Shown: piece after piece, positions 28,388 to 37,708 of the stretch
Layout: each line of letters begins with the position of its first letter
Numbering within the stretch: the stretch's first letter is position 1
Assembly (NCBI GenBank): GCA_021414005.1
Contig: JAIOPH010000031.1
Span: 111,973 to 175,972 of the forward strand
DNA from: Chthoniobacter sp.
Lineage (GTDB): Bacteria > Verrucomicrobiota > Verrucomicrobiia > Chthoniobacterales > Chthoniobacteraceae
Length of the DNA stretch: 64,000 nt
Direction of reading: 5' to 3'
The notes under the pieces: generated by a model
Seen by the model: the letters and a program-made list of their open reading frames with translations, nothing else
What the model was told of the DNA's origin: nothing
Databases searched by the model: none
Translations under genes and position numbers: made by a program

Positions 28388-29467
28388 ATGCGCCCAACCA
28401 CCGTCTTCGATTGCTTCTGCGGCCTAGGGGGACTCTCCCTTGGGGCTCAGCTTGCCGGATGTGAAGTCTTGGGTGGAGTGGATGCAGATGCCTCTGCTGT
28501 CGAAGTATTTGCTCGAACCTTTCCGAAGGCGCATGCGCTAGGACACGATCTCTTGAAAGAGAAGCCCAGCGCCATTTTGCGGAAGGCTGGTCTTGTTCGT
28601 GGTGACGTCGATATTCTCGTCGGCGGACCGCCATGTCAGCCATACAGCGTCAATAATCATCAACGCAGCACGCACGATGTCCGGTGTGGGCTTGTTGAAC
28701 GCTACTTGGAATTTGTGACGACACTTCAACCAGCTTGGCTGGTAATTGAAAACGTTCCGGGCTTTGCATCAATCGAACGCGGCAAGTTTCTGCGTACTCT
28801 ACTTCGTTCACTTCGCGCACGACGATACACTGCCGACTTCGTGCTCGTTGACGCAGCAATGTTCGGCGTGCCTCAGCGGCGTCGCAGGCTAGTGATTCTC
28901 GCTAGCCGCGATTCAGCCAAAGTTGAACACGCGATCAATGATCTGGCCGCTTGCCGATCCAAGGTGGTAACAGTCGGTCAGGCGATTGGTGATCTGCCAG
29001 ATCACCCATCGATAGAGGCATCATACTGCGGTCCTGCAAAATCCATTTTTCGCAAAGCGATGCGCGATCAAGCACAACTTAAGGTGGAATCTCATGTAGG
29101 GGCAGGTCTTGGCGCAAAGAACTTGCGGCGAATCAGCCATGTCCCGCCTGGTGGCAACTGGCGAGACATTCCTCGCCGCCTCCTTCCGCCTGGCATGAAG
29201 CGTGCCCGATTAAGCGACCACACCACACGCTATGGGCGTCTCCATGAAGGCAGGCCAGCCTATACGCTTCTTACCAAGTGCGATCCGCATTGGGGATGCT
29301 TTGTGCATCCCGTCCAAGATCGCGTCATAACTATTCGTGAAGCAGCACGCTTGCAGTCCATCCCCGACCGCGTTTCTTTCCCAAATTCTTTGAGCGATAG
29401 CTATCGCCTCATAGGAAACGCAGTGCCACCACTTCTGGCTAAAGGCATCCTAGAGCTTCTCAAATGA
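28388..29467 (+). CDS. DNA (cytosine-5)-methyltransferase
   Basis: FCGLGG (motif I), GGPPCQ (IV), ENVPG (VI), QRRRR (VIII), TIREAARLQS (IX), GNAVPP (X). Confidence 0.95.
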   Translation: MRPTTVFDCFCGLGGLSLGAQLAGCEVLGGVDADASAVEVFARTFPKAHALGHDLLKEKPSAILRKAGLVRGDVDILVGGPPCQPYSVNNHQRSTHDVRCGLVERYLEFVTTLQPAWLVIENVPGFASIERGKFLRTLLRSLRARRYTADFVLVDAAMFGVPQRRRRLVILASRDSAKVEHAINDLAACRSKVVTVGQAIGDLPDHPSIEASYCGPAKSIFRKAMRDQAQLKVESHVGAGLGAKNLRRISHVPPGGNWRDIPRRLLPPGMKRARLSDHTTRYGRLHEGRPAYTLLTKCDPHWGCFVHPVQDRVITIREAARLQSIPDRVSFPNSLSDSYRLIGNAVPPLLAKGILELLK

Positions 29468-30612
29468 AAAAACGCATCTCACCCAGAAAGACTGTGGAGA
29501 AACCGCCATCAAAGGCCGTCCTCGATATCGCAGCCTATCATCTCACGGAAAAGGAAAAGAGGCCCGAGCCAGAGAAGGTAGACGACCTTCATCTGGATCC
29601 GAAAAACCCGCGACTTGCCGATACCGCGCATACAGGAACTCAGGCTTCCATTTTGAAAGTCATGGGGCGCGAGTTCGATCTGCAACCGCTCATCGACTCG
29701 ATGTATAGAAACGGCTACTTCTACGAAGAGCCTTTAGTTGCAGTGCGTGAACCGTTGCCTGAACTCAATAACCGAGAAGTCCTTCTCGTAATCGAGGGTA
29801 ACCGTCGGTTAGCCGCCCTTAAGACCATCCTGCACAATCCTGACGTCTATACCGATGAAGCGGCGCGGGCGCGCTTAAAGAAAGTTCCGGTGATTGTTCG
29901 AGACGAGCGCAAGGAAACATTGCCGTTCGTCGGTTTCAGGCACATTACAGGAATTCTCGCGTGGGATGCGGCTGCAAAAGCGCAGTATGCTCATGACTTG
30001 GTGAAGCGCGGACTTACGCTTGATGAAATTGCCCAGACAATTGGGGACAAAACAAGGGACATCGCACGATGGGTTCGCACGCAATCGCTCCTTGAAACAG
30101 CGCACGAACATGGTCTGAACGAATCCGACGCTGCAAAGAAGTTCTATTTTTCCTACCTTTTGACCTGCACCGATGCTCCGGCGACGAAGCGGTGGATGGA
30201 ACTCAAGTCCGACGACAAGTCTGGCTTGGTCAAAAGTATCAATGCCGAACGGTTGGAGGAAGTGTGGCTGTGGCTGTATGGCAGCAAAGCCCGAGAGATT
30301 GCGCCGGTGATTCCTGAATCACGCCAAATCCACAAGCTTAACCGAGTCATCGCATCGCCGCGCGCCGTCCAAGAGCTTAAGAATACTGGAAACTTGGATC
30401 GCGCCTTGGTCGAGACTAAGGAGCGTGGAGAGTATGTCGTCGACACCCTCGTTTCGATTCGCTCATTACTTCAGGACTTGTCTGGAAATCTTACCGGTGA
30501 TGCGAAATTTGCGGAGAGCCTGGCCGACAGTGCTAGAATTCGCGATGCAAAAGTGGAGTTTGGTCGCGTTGAAAAGGCACTAGGCGAAGTTAAGGAGAAA
30601 CTCGGTTTCTAG
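29464..30612 (+). CDS. ParB/Sulfiredoxin-fold protein with HTH-like middle region
   Basis: LHLDPKNPR, LIDSMYRNGY..EPLV, VIEGNRRLAALK; ATGA overlap with the MTase. Confidence 0.7.
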   Translation: MKKRISPRKTVEKPPSKAVLDIAAYHLTEKEKRPEPEKVDDLHLDPKNPRLADTAHTGTQASILKVMGREFDLQPLIDSMYRNGYFYEEPLVAVREPLPELNNREVLLVIEGNRRLAALKTILHNPDVYTDEAARARLKKVPVIVRDERKETLPFVGFRHITGILAWDAAAKAQYAHDLVKRGLTLDEIAQTIGDKTRDIARWVRTQSLLETAHEHGLNESDAAKKFYFSYLLTCTDAPATKRWMELKSDDKSGLVKSINAERLEEVWLWLYGSKAREIAPVIPESRQIHKLNRVIASPRAVQELKNTGNLDRALVETKERGEYVVDTLVSIRSLLQDLSGNLTGDAKFAESLADSARIRDAKVEFGRVEKALGEVKEKLGF

Positions 30613-30615
30613 CCT

Positions 30616-31515
30616 ATGGTCCTTCCGGATACGGTCAGTCTGAGCGACGCAGTGGAACTTGCCGCTATGGCGATAGGAAAAACTCTTTCTGAAAAGGACC
30701 TCGGAAAGCAATTTTTTCCGAGCCAAGACATGGCAGATGTAGAGGCCGATCTGCACGATGCGCTGGAACTCGCGCGAAGCCGACAAGCAGCCTGCCCAGT
30801 AGCTTATCCCTTTGAAGTTACAGATCGATCGATAACGTTTAAGGGGCTAGACGGATTCAATCCGTACGCTTTTTTGTTGCTGGGACGCTCTCTTAACTTT
30901 GGCGGCCCGTTGGAATGCGAACACTTGCTGGATCGTTTTCGTGATCGATTTGAGGACGTGGTTTGCTGGGCGATGCGAAAATACGGATTTGCAGCCGAGG
31001 TGCTGAGTATTCCACGCGCTCCGCGGGGCCTACCCACCCAGCTTGCTCCGGCACTACGTGAGATAGGTGTACGCTTTCGGGAGCCGGCCGTGCTTCGTGA
31101 TGATCACTTGATGCCAAACGACAACGACCTCGACGTGGATGTGCTCGGTGTCCCAATAGTTGGAAATGGAGATCGGGGAGGCTGGCCAGTATTTCAAATT
31201 CAATGCGCAACGGGAGCAATCGGAGGCTTGGAAGCCAAGGTTAGCGAAGGTGCGACTAATTTTGCTACTGTGTGGGAGAAAGGATTTTTCATTGGCTCTC
31301 GCCTCCGGGGTGCCGCAACCCCTGACGATCTTCTTACGCTTCACGAGACTTATTGGCTTCGACTCGGTCAGGTGGGGTGGATAATCGACAGAACTCGCCT
31401 CGCATATTTGGCTTCGGGTGACCGCGACGTTCCTTTGCCCGACGCCGTGGTTGAATTTTGGGATCAGCTTTGGGCTGTTCGAGGAGACATTTCGTGGCAG
31501 ACCGGCTGGCAGTGA
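30616..31515 (+). CDS. Hypothetical protein, probable PD-(D/E)xK restriction-endonuclease-like fold
   Basis: RFEDVV helix, DNDLDVDV strand, FQIQCATG (QC variant of the E-x-K motif), IDRTRL; starts 3 bp after the previous stop. Confidence 0.55.
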   Translation: MVLPDTVSLSDAVELAAMAIGKTLSEKDLGKQFFPSQDMADVEADLHDALELARSRQAACPVAYPFEVTDRSITFKGLDGFNPYAFLLLGRSLNFGGPLECEHLLDRFRDRFEDVVCWAMRKYGFAAEVLSIPRAPRGLPTQLAPALREIGVRFREPAVLRDDHLMPNDNDLDVDVLGVPIVGNGDRGGWPVFQIQCATGAIGGLEAKVSEGATNFATVWEKGFFIGSRLRGAATPDDLLTLHETYWLRLGQVGWIIDRTRLAYLASGDRDVPLPDAVVEFWDQLWAVRGDISWQTGWQ

Positions 31516-31825
31516 TTTGCCACTCGCTGCGCCCCAACCTCCTCCCCGTTGCTGGTGCAGTTCCTCGTGCGTCTGCCTACTTCTTCTCTCCCGCGGGCGG
31601 CAGATTCGGCACCAGCGTCGGATCGTATTTCGCACCCGCGGAGACTTGGATGAGGGTCATGCGGACCTTGGGTGGGGAAGAGCACGACCAGGTGGGCAAC
31701 GGGAACTTTCCTCGGGAACCCTTTCTCCAAAGCCGGGCGCTGCCGGGGCGGCGCTTTGCCGGTGGGAATCCCCATGCACTTTCCCCTTCCGCCCTCCCGC
31801 CCGCGCTGGTAGTCATCCCCGCCTT

Positions 31826-32176
31826 ATGCATACGCGCGAGTTTTCCGAAGACGGGCTGCACATTCTCGCCATTGAGGGGGAGATCGACCTCGCCCGCTCG
31901 CCGGAGCTGCGCGAAGTGCTGCACGCGCACGCCAAGGCGCGCCGGCCAGTGCTGGTGCTGGATTTCGCGGGCGTGAGCTACGTGGATTCCTCCGGCCTTG
32001 CCACGCTCATCGAATACGTCCGCAAGGCACAGCCCTATGGCGGACGTTTCGCGCTGGTGAACGTGAACGAGCGCGTGCAGACCATTTTCGATCTCGTGCG
32101 GCTGGGTGAGTTTCTCTCCATTTATCCGACGCTCGTCGAGGCCCGGGTTGCGCTCCTCGCCCCCCCCGGCGCGTGA
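31826..32176 (+). CDS. STAS-domain protein (anti-sigma antagonist/MlaB-like)
   Basis: IEGEIDL, LDFAGVSYVDSSGLATL. Confidence 0.9.
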   Translation: MHTREFSEDGLHILAIEGEIDLARSPELREVLHAHAKARRPVLVLDFAGVSYVDSSGLATLIEYVRKAQPYGGRFALVNVNERVQTIFDLVRLGEFLSIYPTLVEARVALLAPPGA

Positions 32177-32910
32177 AAAACTACCTCACGCTCAACGGCC
32201 AGATCCTTTACTGGACGCTGCTCGCCCCCTTTCGCGGGCAGCCGTTCAAGATCGGCGAAGTCTTTCGCCAGATGGTCGCCATTGGCGTGCGCGCGCTGCC
32301 CATGGCGGCGCTCACGTCCTTCAGCATCGGCCTGACCATGGCCATGCAGGGGGCCGGCGCTTTGCGCAAAATGGGCGGGCTGAGCTACGTGCCGGACCTC
32401 GTCACACTCTCGCTGCTGCGCGAACTCGGCCCGCTCATCGTCGCCGTCATCGTCATCGGGCGCAGCGGGTCGGCGGTCACTGCAGAACTCGGCACGATGA
32501 AAGTCTCCGAGGAGATCGAGGCGCTGGAGGTCATGGCGATCAATCCGATCCGCTTCCTCGTCGTCCCGCGGTTTCTCGCCATGCTCATCATGCTCCCCGT
32601 ACTCACCGTTTTCGGCGATTGCGTGGGCATGGTCGGCGGCTGGTCCATCTGTCACTTCGCCCTCGATTTTGAAACCTCCGCCTACATCTTCCGTTCGGTC
32701 ACGCGCGCGGAGACGTGGGATCTGTATTCCGGCCTGATCAAAAGCGTCATCTTCGCGTGGCTCATCATCACCATCGCCTGCCACAAAGGCCTGGCGGTGG
32801 AAGGCGGCGCCGAGGGTGTCGGCCAGGCGACCACCGATTCCGTGGTCTGGTCGCTGCTCGTCATGCTCATCGCCAACGCCATCCTCACCGGCATTTTCTT
32901 TTTCTCGTGA
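32173..32910 (+). CDS. mlaE: MlaE-family ABC permease (second copy)
   Basis: RELGPLIVAVIVIGRSGSAVTAELGTMKVSEEIEAL. Confidence 0.9.
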   Translation: MKNYLTLNGQILYWTLLAPFRGQPFKIGEVFRQMVAIGVRALPMAALTSFSIGLTMAMQGAGALRKMGGLSYVPDLVTLSLLRELGPLIVAVIVIGRSGSAVTAELGTMKVSEEIEALEVMAINPIRFLVVPRFLAMLIMLPVLTVFGDCVGMVGGWSICHFALDFETSAYIFRSVTRAETWDLYSGLIKSVIFAWLIITIACHKGLAVEGGAEGVGQATTDSVVWSLLVMLIANAILTGIFFFS

Positions 32911-33758
32911 GCGACCCCGCCGAAAACATCCCGGTCATCGAAGTCACCGACCTCGTTCGCGAGTTTCACGGGCGCAGGGTGCTCAACGGCATTTCGTTCA
33001 AGGTGATGAAAGGCGACACCATGATCATCATGGGCGGCTCCGGCTGCGGAAAATCCACGCTCCTGCGCCACGTCATCGGCTCGATGAAGCCGACCAGCGG
33101 TTCGATCAAACTCTTCGGCGAGGAGATCACCACGATGGACGAAGCCGCGCTCGCACGCGTCCGCCGCCGCTTCGGCATGCTCTTCCAAAGCGGGGCGCTG
33201 CTCCAGTCCATGACCGTCGGCGAAAACGTCGCACTGCCCATCGTCGAGCACAGCAAACTCGATCCGGGCATCGTGGATCTCATGGTGAAGCTAAAGCTCG
33301 AGATGGTCGGCCTCACCGGGTTCGAGCACCTCAAGCCCGCCGAGATCAGCGGCGGCATGAAAAAACGCGTGGGTCTCGCGCGGGCGCTGGCGCTTGATCC
33401 CGAGCTGCTTTTCTCCGACGAGCCGACCGCCGGCCTCGACCCGATCATGGTGAGCGTCGTCGATATTTTGACCAAGGACATGACGCGCAAACTCGGCGTG
33501 ACCGCTGTCGTCGTCACGCACGACATGACCAGCGCCTTCCGCATCGGCACGCGCATGATCATGCTCGGCACGGGGCCGAATCAGGGCAAGATCATCGCCG
33601 CCGGCACGCCCGAGGAAATCCGCGCCAGCGCGAACGGCGAGGTTCAGCAGTTCATCAATGGCGAGCCCGACGGCCCGGTGCCGTTCAAGCTTTCCAAGGA
33701 CGATTACGTCACCCGCCTGCTCGGCCATCCCCGCACCAAGAATAACGCGTTCACATGA
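32907..33758 (+). CDS. mlaF: MlaF-family ABC ATPase (second copy)
   Basis: GGSGCGKS, LFQSGALLQS, ISGGMKKRV, SDEPTAGLDP; GTG start inferred. Confidence 0.9.
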   Translation: MSDPAENIPVIEVTDLVREFHGRRVLNGISFKVMKGDTMIIMGGSGCGKSTLLRHVIGSMKPTSGSIKLFGEEITTMDEAALARVRRRFGMLFQSGALLQSMTVGENVALPIVEHSKLDPGIVDLMVKLKLEMVGLTGFEHLKPAEISGGMKKRVGLARALALDPELLFSDEPTAGLDPIMVSVVDILTKDMTRKLGVTAVVVTHDMTSAFRIGTRMIMLGTGPNQGKIIAAGTPEEIRASANGEVQQFINGEPDGPVPFKLSKDDYVTRLLGHPRTKNNAFT

Positions 33759-34708
33759 AAAAAAATCTCAACGATTACGTCATCGCCTTTCTCGTCATCG
33801 TCTGCAGCCTCGTCCTGCTCGCGGCGCTCGCCTTTGCGCTCTCCGGCTGGGGCGGCAGAAAAGGCGGACGCACCGTCGAGATCGATTTTCCCGACGTCAC
33901 GGGCATTCATCTGCACTCGGAAATCCGCTACGCCGGCGCGCCCGCCGGCAGCATCACCGCGATCCGCCTGCTCACGTTCGAGGAGCGCAACGCGGCAGAA
34001 TCCGACGACCAGAAACGCAACGCCGTCCGTGTCACCGCCACCCTCCGTCCCGAAGTGCCGCCGCTGCCTGCGGATGTCCGCACTTCCATCTCCTCCGACA
34101 CTTTGCTCAGCGACAAATTCGTCGCGCTTTCGGCCGGTGCTCCCGACGGGCCGAAGCTCGCCGAGGGAGCTGTGTTGCAAGGCCAGGCCGGCGGCGGACT
34201 GGACGCACTCCTCGACCTCGGCCCCGTGCTCAAGACCGCGCTCGAAGACGTCCCGCCGCTCTTGAAAAACACCAAGGAAGCGATCGACGTTTTCAAGGAC
34301 GGCATCGGCGACGCGCTGCCCAAAGTTTCCAAGCTCCTCGTCGGCCTGAACACGACGTCCGACTCCGCCGACACGGCCTTGAAGCGGTTCGACAAGCTCA
34401 TCGCGGATGCCGACCAGCCGATCAAGGATGACCTCATGCAGATCAAAAAACTGCTGATCCAAATCGAGCAAACAATGGGCACCGCCGACCAGCTTTTGTC
34501 GCGCACCGACCGCAACCTCAATGGACGGATGCAGGAACTCGGCGTCGTCCTGGAAAACCTCAAAGTCGTCTCCACCCACGCCAAGGCGCTGACGCAGCAA
34601 CTCGCGGAAAAGCCCAACCGACTCATCTTCAGCGGCAAAGCCCAGAAACTCACCAGCGAGGAGGAAATCCTCCGCAGCAAGAAGCCCGTGCCGGCGGTGA
34701 AGCCGTGA
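33755..34708 (+). CDS. mlaD: MlaD/MCE-family protein (second copy)
   Basis: N-terminal TM; GIHLHSEIRYAGAPAG MCE motif; coiled C-terminus ending KPNRLIF. Confidence 0.85.
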   Translation: MKKNLNDYVIAFLVIVCSLVLLAALAFALSGWGGRKGGRTVEIDFPDVTGIHLHSEIRYAGAPAGSITAIRLLTFEERNAAESDDQKRNAVRVTATLRPEVPPLPADVRTSISSDTLLSDKFVALSAGAPDGPKLAEGAVLQGQAGGGLDALLDLGPVLKTALEDVPPLLKNTKEAIDVFKDGIGDALPKVSKLLVGLNTTSDSADTALKRFDKLIADADQPIKDDLMQIKKLLIQIEQTMGTADQLLSRTDRNLNGRMQELGVVLENLKVVSTHAKALTQQLAEKPNRLIFSGKAQKLTSEEEILRSKKPVPAVKP

Positions 34709-34719
34709 TCGGCGCACGG

Positions 34720-35433
34720 ATGAGGCGGTTCGTTTTGCTGAGCTTGGCGCTGGTCTCGGTCGTCCACGGAGCAGAGGAAAAGGCACGCGCCGTCAAGGTC
34801 CAGCCGAAGCTGGGCAGTCGAAAGGACGAGCCCATGGTGGATGTGGCGCAGGTTTGTCCGACGATCGTCATCGAGCTGCGCTACGCCACCGCGCGGAACG
34901 TCACGGGCAAACCGATCTATCCGGCCAATGCCCGCTGCCTCGTGCGGCGCAGCGTGGCAGAGCGGCTGAAAAAGGCGCAGGAGGAACTCCAGACGCTCAA
35001 GCTGCGTTTGAAAATCTGGGATGCGTATCGCCCCGCGTGGGCGCAGCAGGTGTTGTGGGATGCGATCAAAAATCCCGAATACGTGGGCGAGCCATCGCGG
35101 GGTGGATCGCTGCACACATTTGGCGCGGGAGTGGATGTCACGCTCGTGGATGCGCGGGGGCGCGAACTGAAGATGCCCACGGATTTCGACGACTTCACCC
35201 CGGCCGCGAGCACGCGGTATCGCGGCACCGATCCGGTCATCGCCACGAACCTGCACACCTTGCAGCGCGCCATGTCTCAGGCGGGTTTCTGGGTGCTGCG
35301 CGACGAGTGGTGGCACTTCGTTTCCGAGGATGTGAAAGGCTTCGCGCCGATCGACTACCCCCTCACGCCCGAGCCCGCTGCCCTCCCGGATGGCAAGGCA
35401 CCCGCCTCCACTCCAAGCGTTGGTCCGCGCTAA
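34720..35433 (+). CDS. D-alanyl-D-alanine dipeptidase (M15D, DdpX/VanX family), exported
   Basis: LRYAT..N, IWDAYRP, SLHTFGAGVDVTL, EWWHF; signal peptide. Confidence 0.88.
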   Translation: MRRFVLLSLALVSVVHGAEEKARAVKVQPKLGSRKDEPMVDVAQVCPTIVIELRYATARNVTGKPIYPANARCLVRRSVAERLKKAQEELQTLKLRLKIWDAYRPAWAQQVLWDAIKNPEYVGEPSRGGSLHTFGAGVDVTLVDARGRELKMPTDFDDFTPAASTRYRGTDPVIATNLHTLQRAMSQAGFWVLRDEWWHFVSEDVKGFAPIDYPLTPEPAALPDGKAPASTPSVGPR

Positions 35434-35547
35434 GATTGTTCCGCTCTTAACGCGGGCGCTGCAACCGGACCATTTAGGCGAGTTTTCAGCGGTCGAAGGT
35501 GGCGGCGAACTCGGACCGGCCCGGATAGCCGTACTGTTCACCGGTCG

Positions 35548-37620
35548 CTACGTCTTCGCCTGAGCGGCTGTGGCGGCTTTCGATTTAACGTCGGCGGCGA
35601 TGGTCGCTTCCAGCTCGGCTAGGTCGGGGTTGCCCTCGGCAATTTGGATGCCGCCTTTGTCGGAGATGAGCAGACTGAGGAGCGTGTTGAGCAGGTTGAG
35701 CGAATTCGCTTCGCCGCTCTTTTCACCGCCGGTGATGAAGACGCGCTCGGGCACGAGCGGCTGGGTGCTCTTGCTGAACTGGTCGCTGAGATGGTTCAGC
35801 GAGAAGAGGCGGGCGTCGCCGTAGGCTTTGATCTTTTGCAGGAAGACAGCGGCTTCCGCCAAACCGGTCTGCGAGATGCGCGCGGCTTCGCCTTCGCCGA
35901 AGAGGCGCTGCGATTGCGACTGGCCCTCCGCGAGCGCGATGTCGCGTTTCGCGAGGCGCTGGGCTTCGGCGAGCTGGGCTTCGCCGCGGTTGGCGGCGAC
36001 GTCGATCTCGATGCGGGATTGGGTCAGCTCGGATTGTTTCTCCGCCGCGGCCTGGGCCTGCATGAGTTCTTTCAAATGCACGGCGGCCTCCTGCTGTTTC
36101 GCGTAGGTTTCACGCTGCTCCTGCGCGAGCCGGCGCACGCGGAGCTGGTCGAAGAGCGTCTCGATGGGATCAACGCCGCCGGGTTGGAGGCGGCCCGTCT
36201 CGGGGCGACCGATGAGGACGGCGACGCAGTTGATGTCGAAGTCGGTGAAGCGGCGGCCAAGTTCGGCGGTGGCGCGCTTTTGGATTTCCTCCCGGTGGGT
36301 GAGCAGGTCGAGCATGTTCGAGCTTTGCGCCACGTCGCGGAAATACGCGGTGAGCACGGGGTCGAGCGTCTGCGTGATGAGCCGGCGCACGTCGCCGAAA
36401 CGCTGTACGACGCTCGGCGCTTTTTGGTAGTCGATGTGCAGGACGAGCGAGAGCGGCAGGAGCGGCTCGTAGCCGTCGGCGGTGATCATCTCGATGCTGG
36501 CGAGGTCCTTGTCGTACTGATGCGCCTCGGTCTGGCCGGTGATCCAGCGCAGGACAAAGTTCACCGTGGGCACGAGCTCAACTTTGAGCGCGTAAGGATT
36601 GAGCGCGTACTTGCCGGGCGCGAGCGCTTGGCGCCACACACCGCGCGAGCCGGGATCGACCTGCTCGCCGTAGCGGAAAGCCGCGCCCGTGGTGTCCATG
36701 CCTTGAGCGCCGTAGTAGCTCACGACCACACCGACAAAGCCTATTGGGATGAGCGTCTTCGGCTTGATCTCGACGGTGGCGAACCAGCGGTTGATGAAGA
36801 ACGTGCCGTCGGTCAGCACCTGGAGCTGGCGACCGCGCTTTCCGCCGAGCATGAGGAAACGCTCGGTGTCTTGGAAATAGTTGTGATCCGGTTCCCCGGC
36901 GGGCGCGATGATCTCGGGCGCGATGATTTCGCCGGACGGAATGGTCGGGCCGTCATGCACGGAGACGACGCCGATCGTGTCGGTCGGGAGCAGGTCGCTC
37001 GCGGTCTGGCCCGGCGGGAGCGAGGGCGGAGCGTTCGGCGTGATTTTTCCCGCGCCGATGACCACGGGGCGGAAGCCGTTCATGCTGGCGATTTCCTCCT
37101 GCCACTGTGCATAGACCTCCGGCTTGTCGCTGCCGAGCCCGCCATAGACTTTGTCCTCGGTGATGACGACGAAGAGCGCGGGGTTAATCGCGAAAACACC
37201 CTCGCGCAAGATCGCCCGCTGGCGTCCGCGCTGGCCGCCGTTTCGGATGAAAGCGGCGGCGTCCTGGAAGGTATTGCTTTCCACCACCGCGCCGAGCGTC
37301 TGGGTGGGCGGCAGTGGCGCGCCGTCGCGCGCATAGACGTAGCCGATGCGGCCTTCGGAAACGGTCACGAGATGCGTCTCGTGGATGCGATACTGCCACG
37401 GGAAATACCAGAATTGCAGACCGCCGCGCAGCAGTTGCGTCTGGAAGCCGGCCTCGCCATTGAGCGCAACGATCCGTCCCTCGGACAGCGAGCCGCGCGC
37501 CGACCATAGCTTTTCGATCACGCCCACGCGCTGATGCGGAATGTAACGCAGCCCCACAATCCAAAGCCCCAAGAGAACGACTGCCGCCAGCAGCCCCAAC
37601 CCGATTAGTATGTTGCTCAT
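35548..37620 (-). CDS. SPFH/flotillin-family membrane protein
   Basis: N-terminal TM, repeated LxPGxYxxNP motifs, ITADGY...SPFH core, Ala/Glu/Gln coiled-coil tail. Confidence 0.85.
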   Translation of the reverse strand: MSNILIGLGLLAAVVLLGLWIVGLRYIPHQRVGVIEKLWSARGSLSEGRIVALNGEAGFQTQLLRGGLQFWYFPWQYRIHETHLVTVSEGRIGYVYARDGAPLPPTQTLGAVVESNTFQDAAAFIRNGGQRGRQRAILREGVFAINPALFVVITEDKVYGGLGSDKPEVYAQWQEEIASMNGFRPVVIGAGKITPNAPPSLPPGQTASDLLPTDTIGVVSVHDGPTIPSGEIIAPEIIAPAGEPDHNYFQDTERFLMLGGKRGRQLQVLTDGTFFINRWFATVEIKPKTLIPIGFVGVVVSYYGAQGMDTTGAAFRYGEQVDPGSRGVWRQALAPGKYALNPYALKVELVPTVNFVLRWITGQTEAHQYDKDLASIEMITADGYEPLLPLSLVLHIDYQKAPSVVQRFGDVRRLITQTLDPVLTAYFRDVAQSSNMLDLLTHREEIQKRATAELGRRFTDFDINCVAVLIGRPETGRLQPGGVDPIETLFDQLRVRRLAQEQRETYAKQQEAAVHLKELMQAQAAAEKQSELTQSRIEIDVAANRGEAQLAEAQRLAKRDIALAEGQSQSQRLFGEGEAARISQTGLAEAAVFLQKIKAYGDARLFSLNHLSDQFSKSTQPLVPERVFITGGEKSGEANSLNLLNTLLSLLISDKGGIQIAEGNPDLAELEATIAADVKSKAATAAQAKT

Positions 37621-37708
37621 TTGAGTACGGGCAGTTTGACGGGGCGGCAGGAAATGTCAAAACTCCGCGCCGCGCCGGCTCAGAAGCGATCCAGAGTCGA
37701 AATTTTTC

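Larger units (their letters stand above)
28340..31520. mobile_element. Lower-GC three-gene island (MTase, ParB-like, nuclease-like); no mobility gene seen
   Basis: Abrupt rise in A/T-ending codons relative to the flanks, tight operon, inserted between housekeeping genes; boundaries approximate. Confidence 0.6.

Noticed and set aside
31516-31825. Vsr endonuclease, integrase remnant or att site next to the MTase island
   Set aside because: The translations examined show no Vsr or recombinase motif, and no direct repeat matching the left boundary was found. The stretch remains unexplained.
34720-35433. Vancomycin-resistance vanX
   Set aside because: No vanH/vanA/vanRS context and a signal peptide is present; it fits a housekeeping D,D-dipeptidase.
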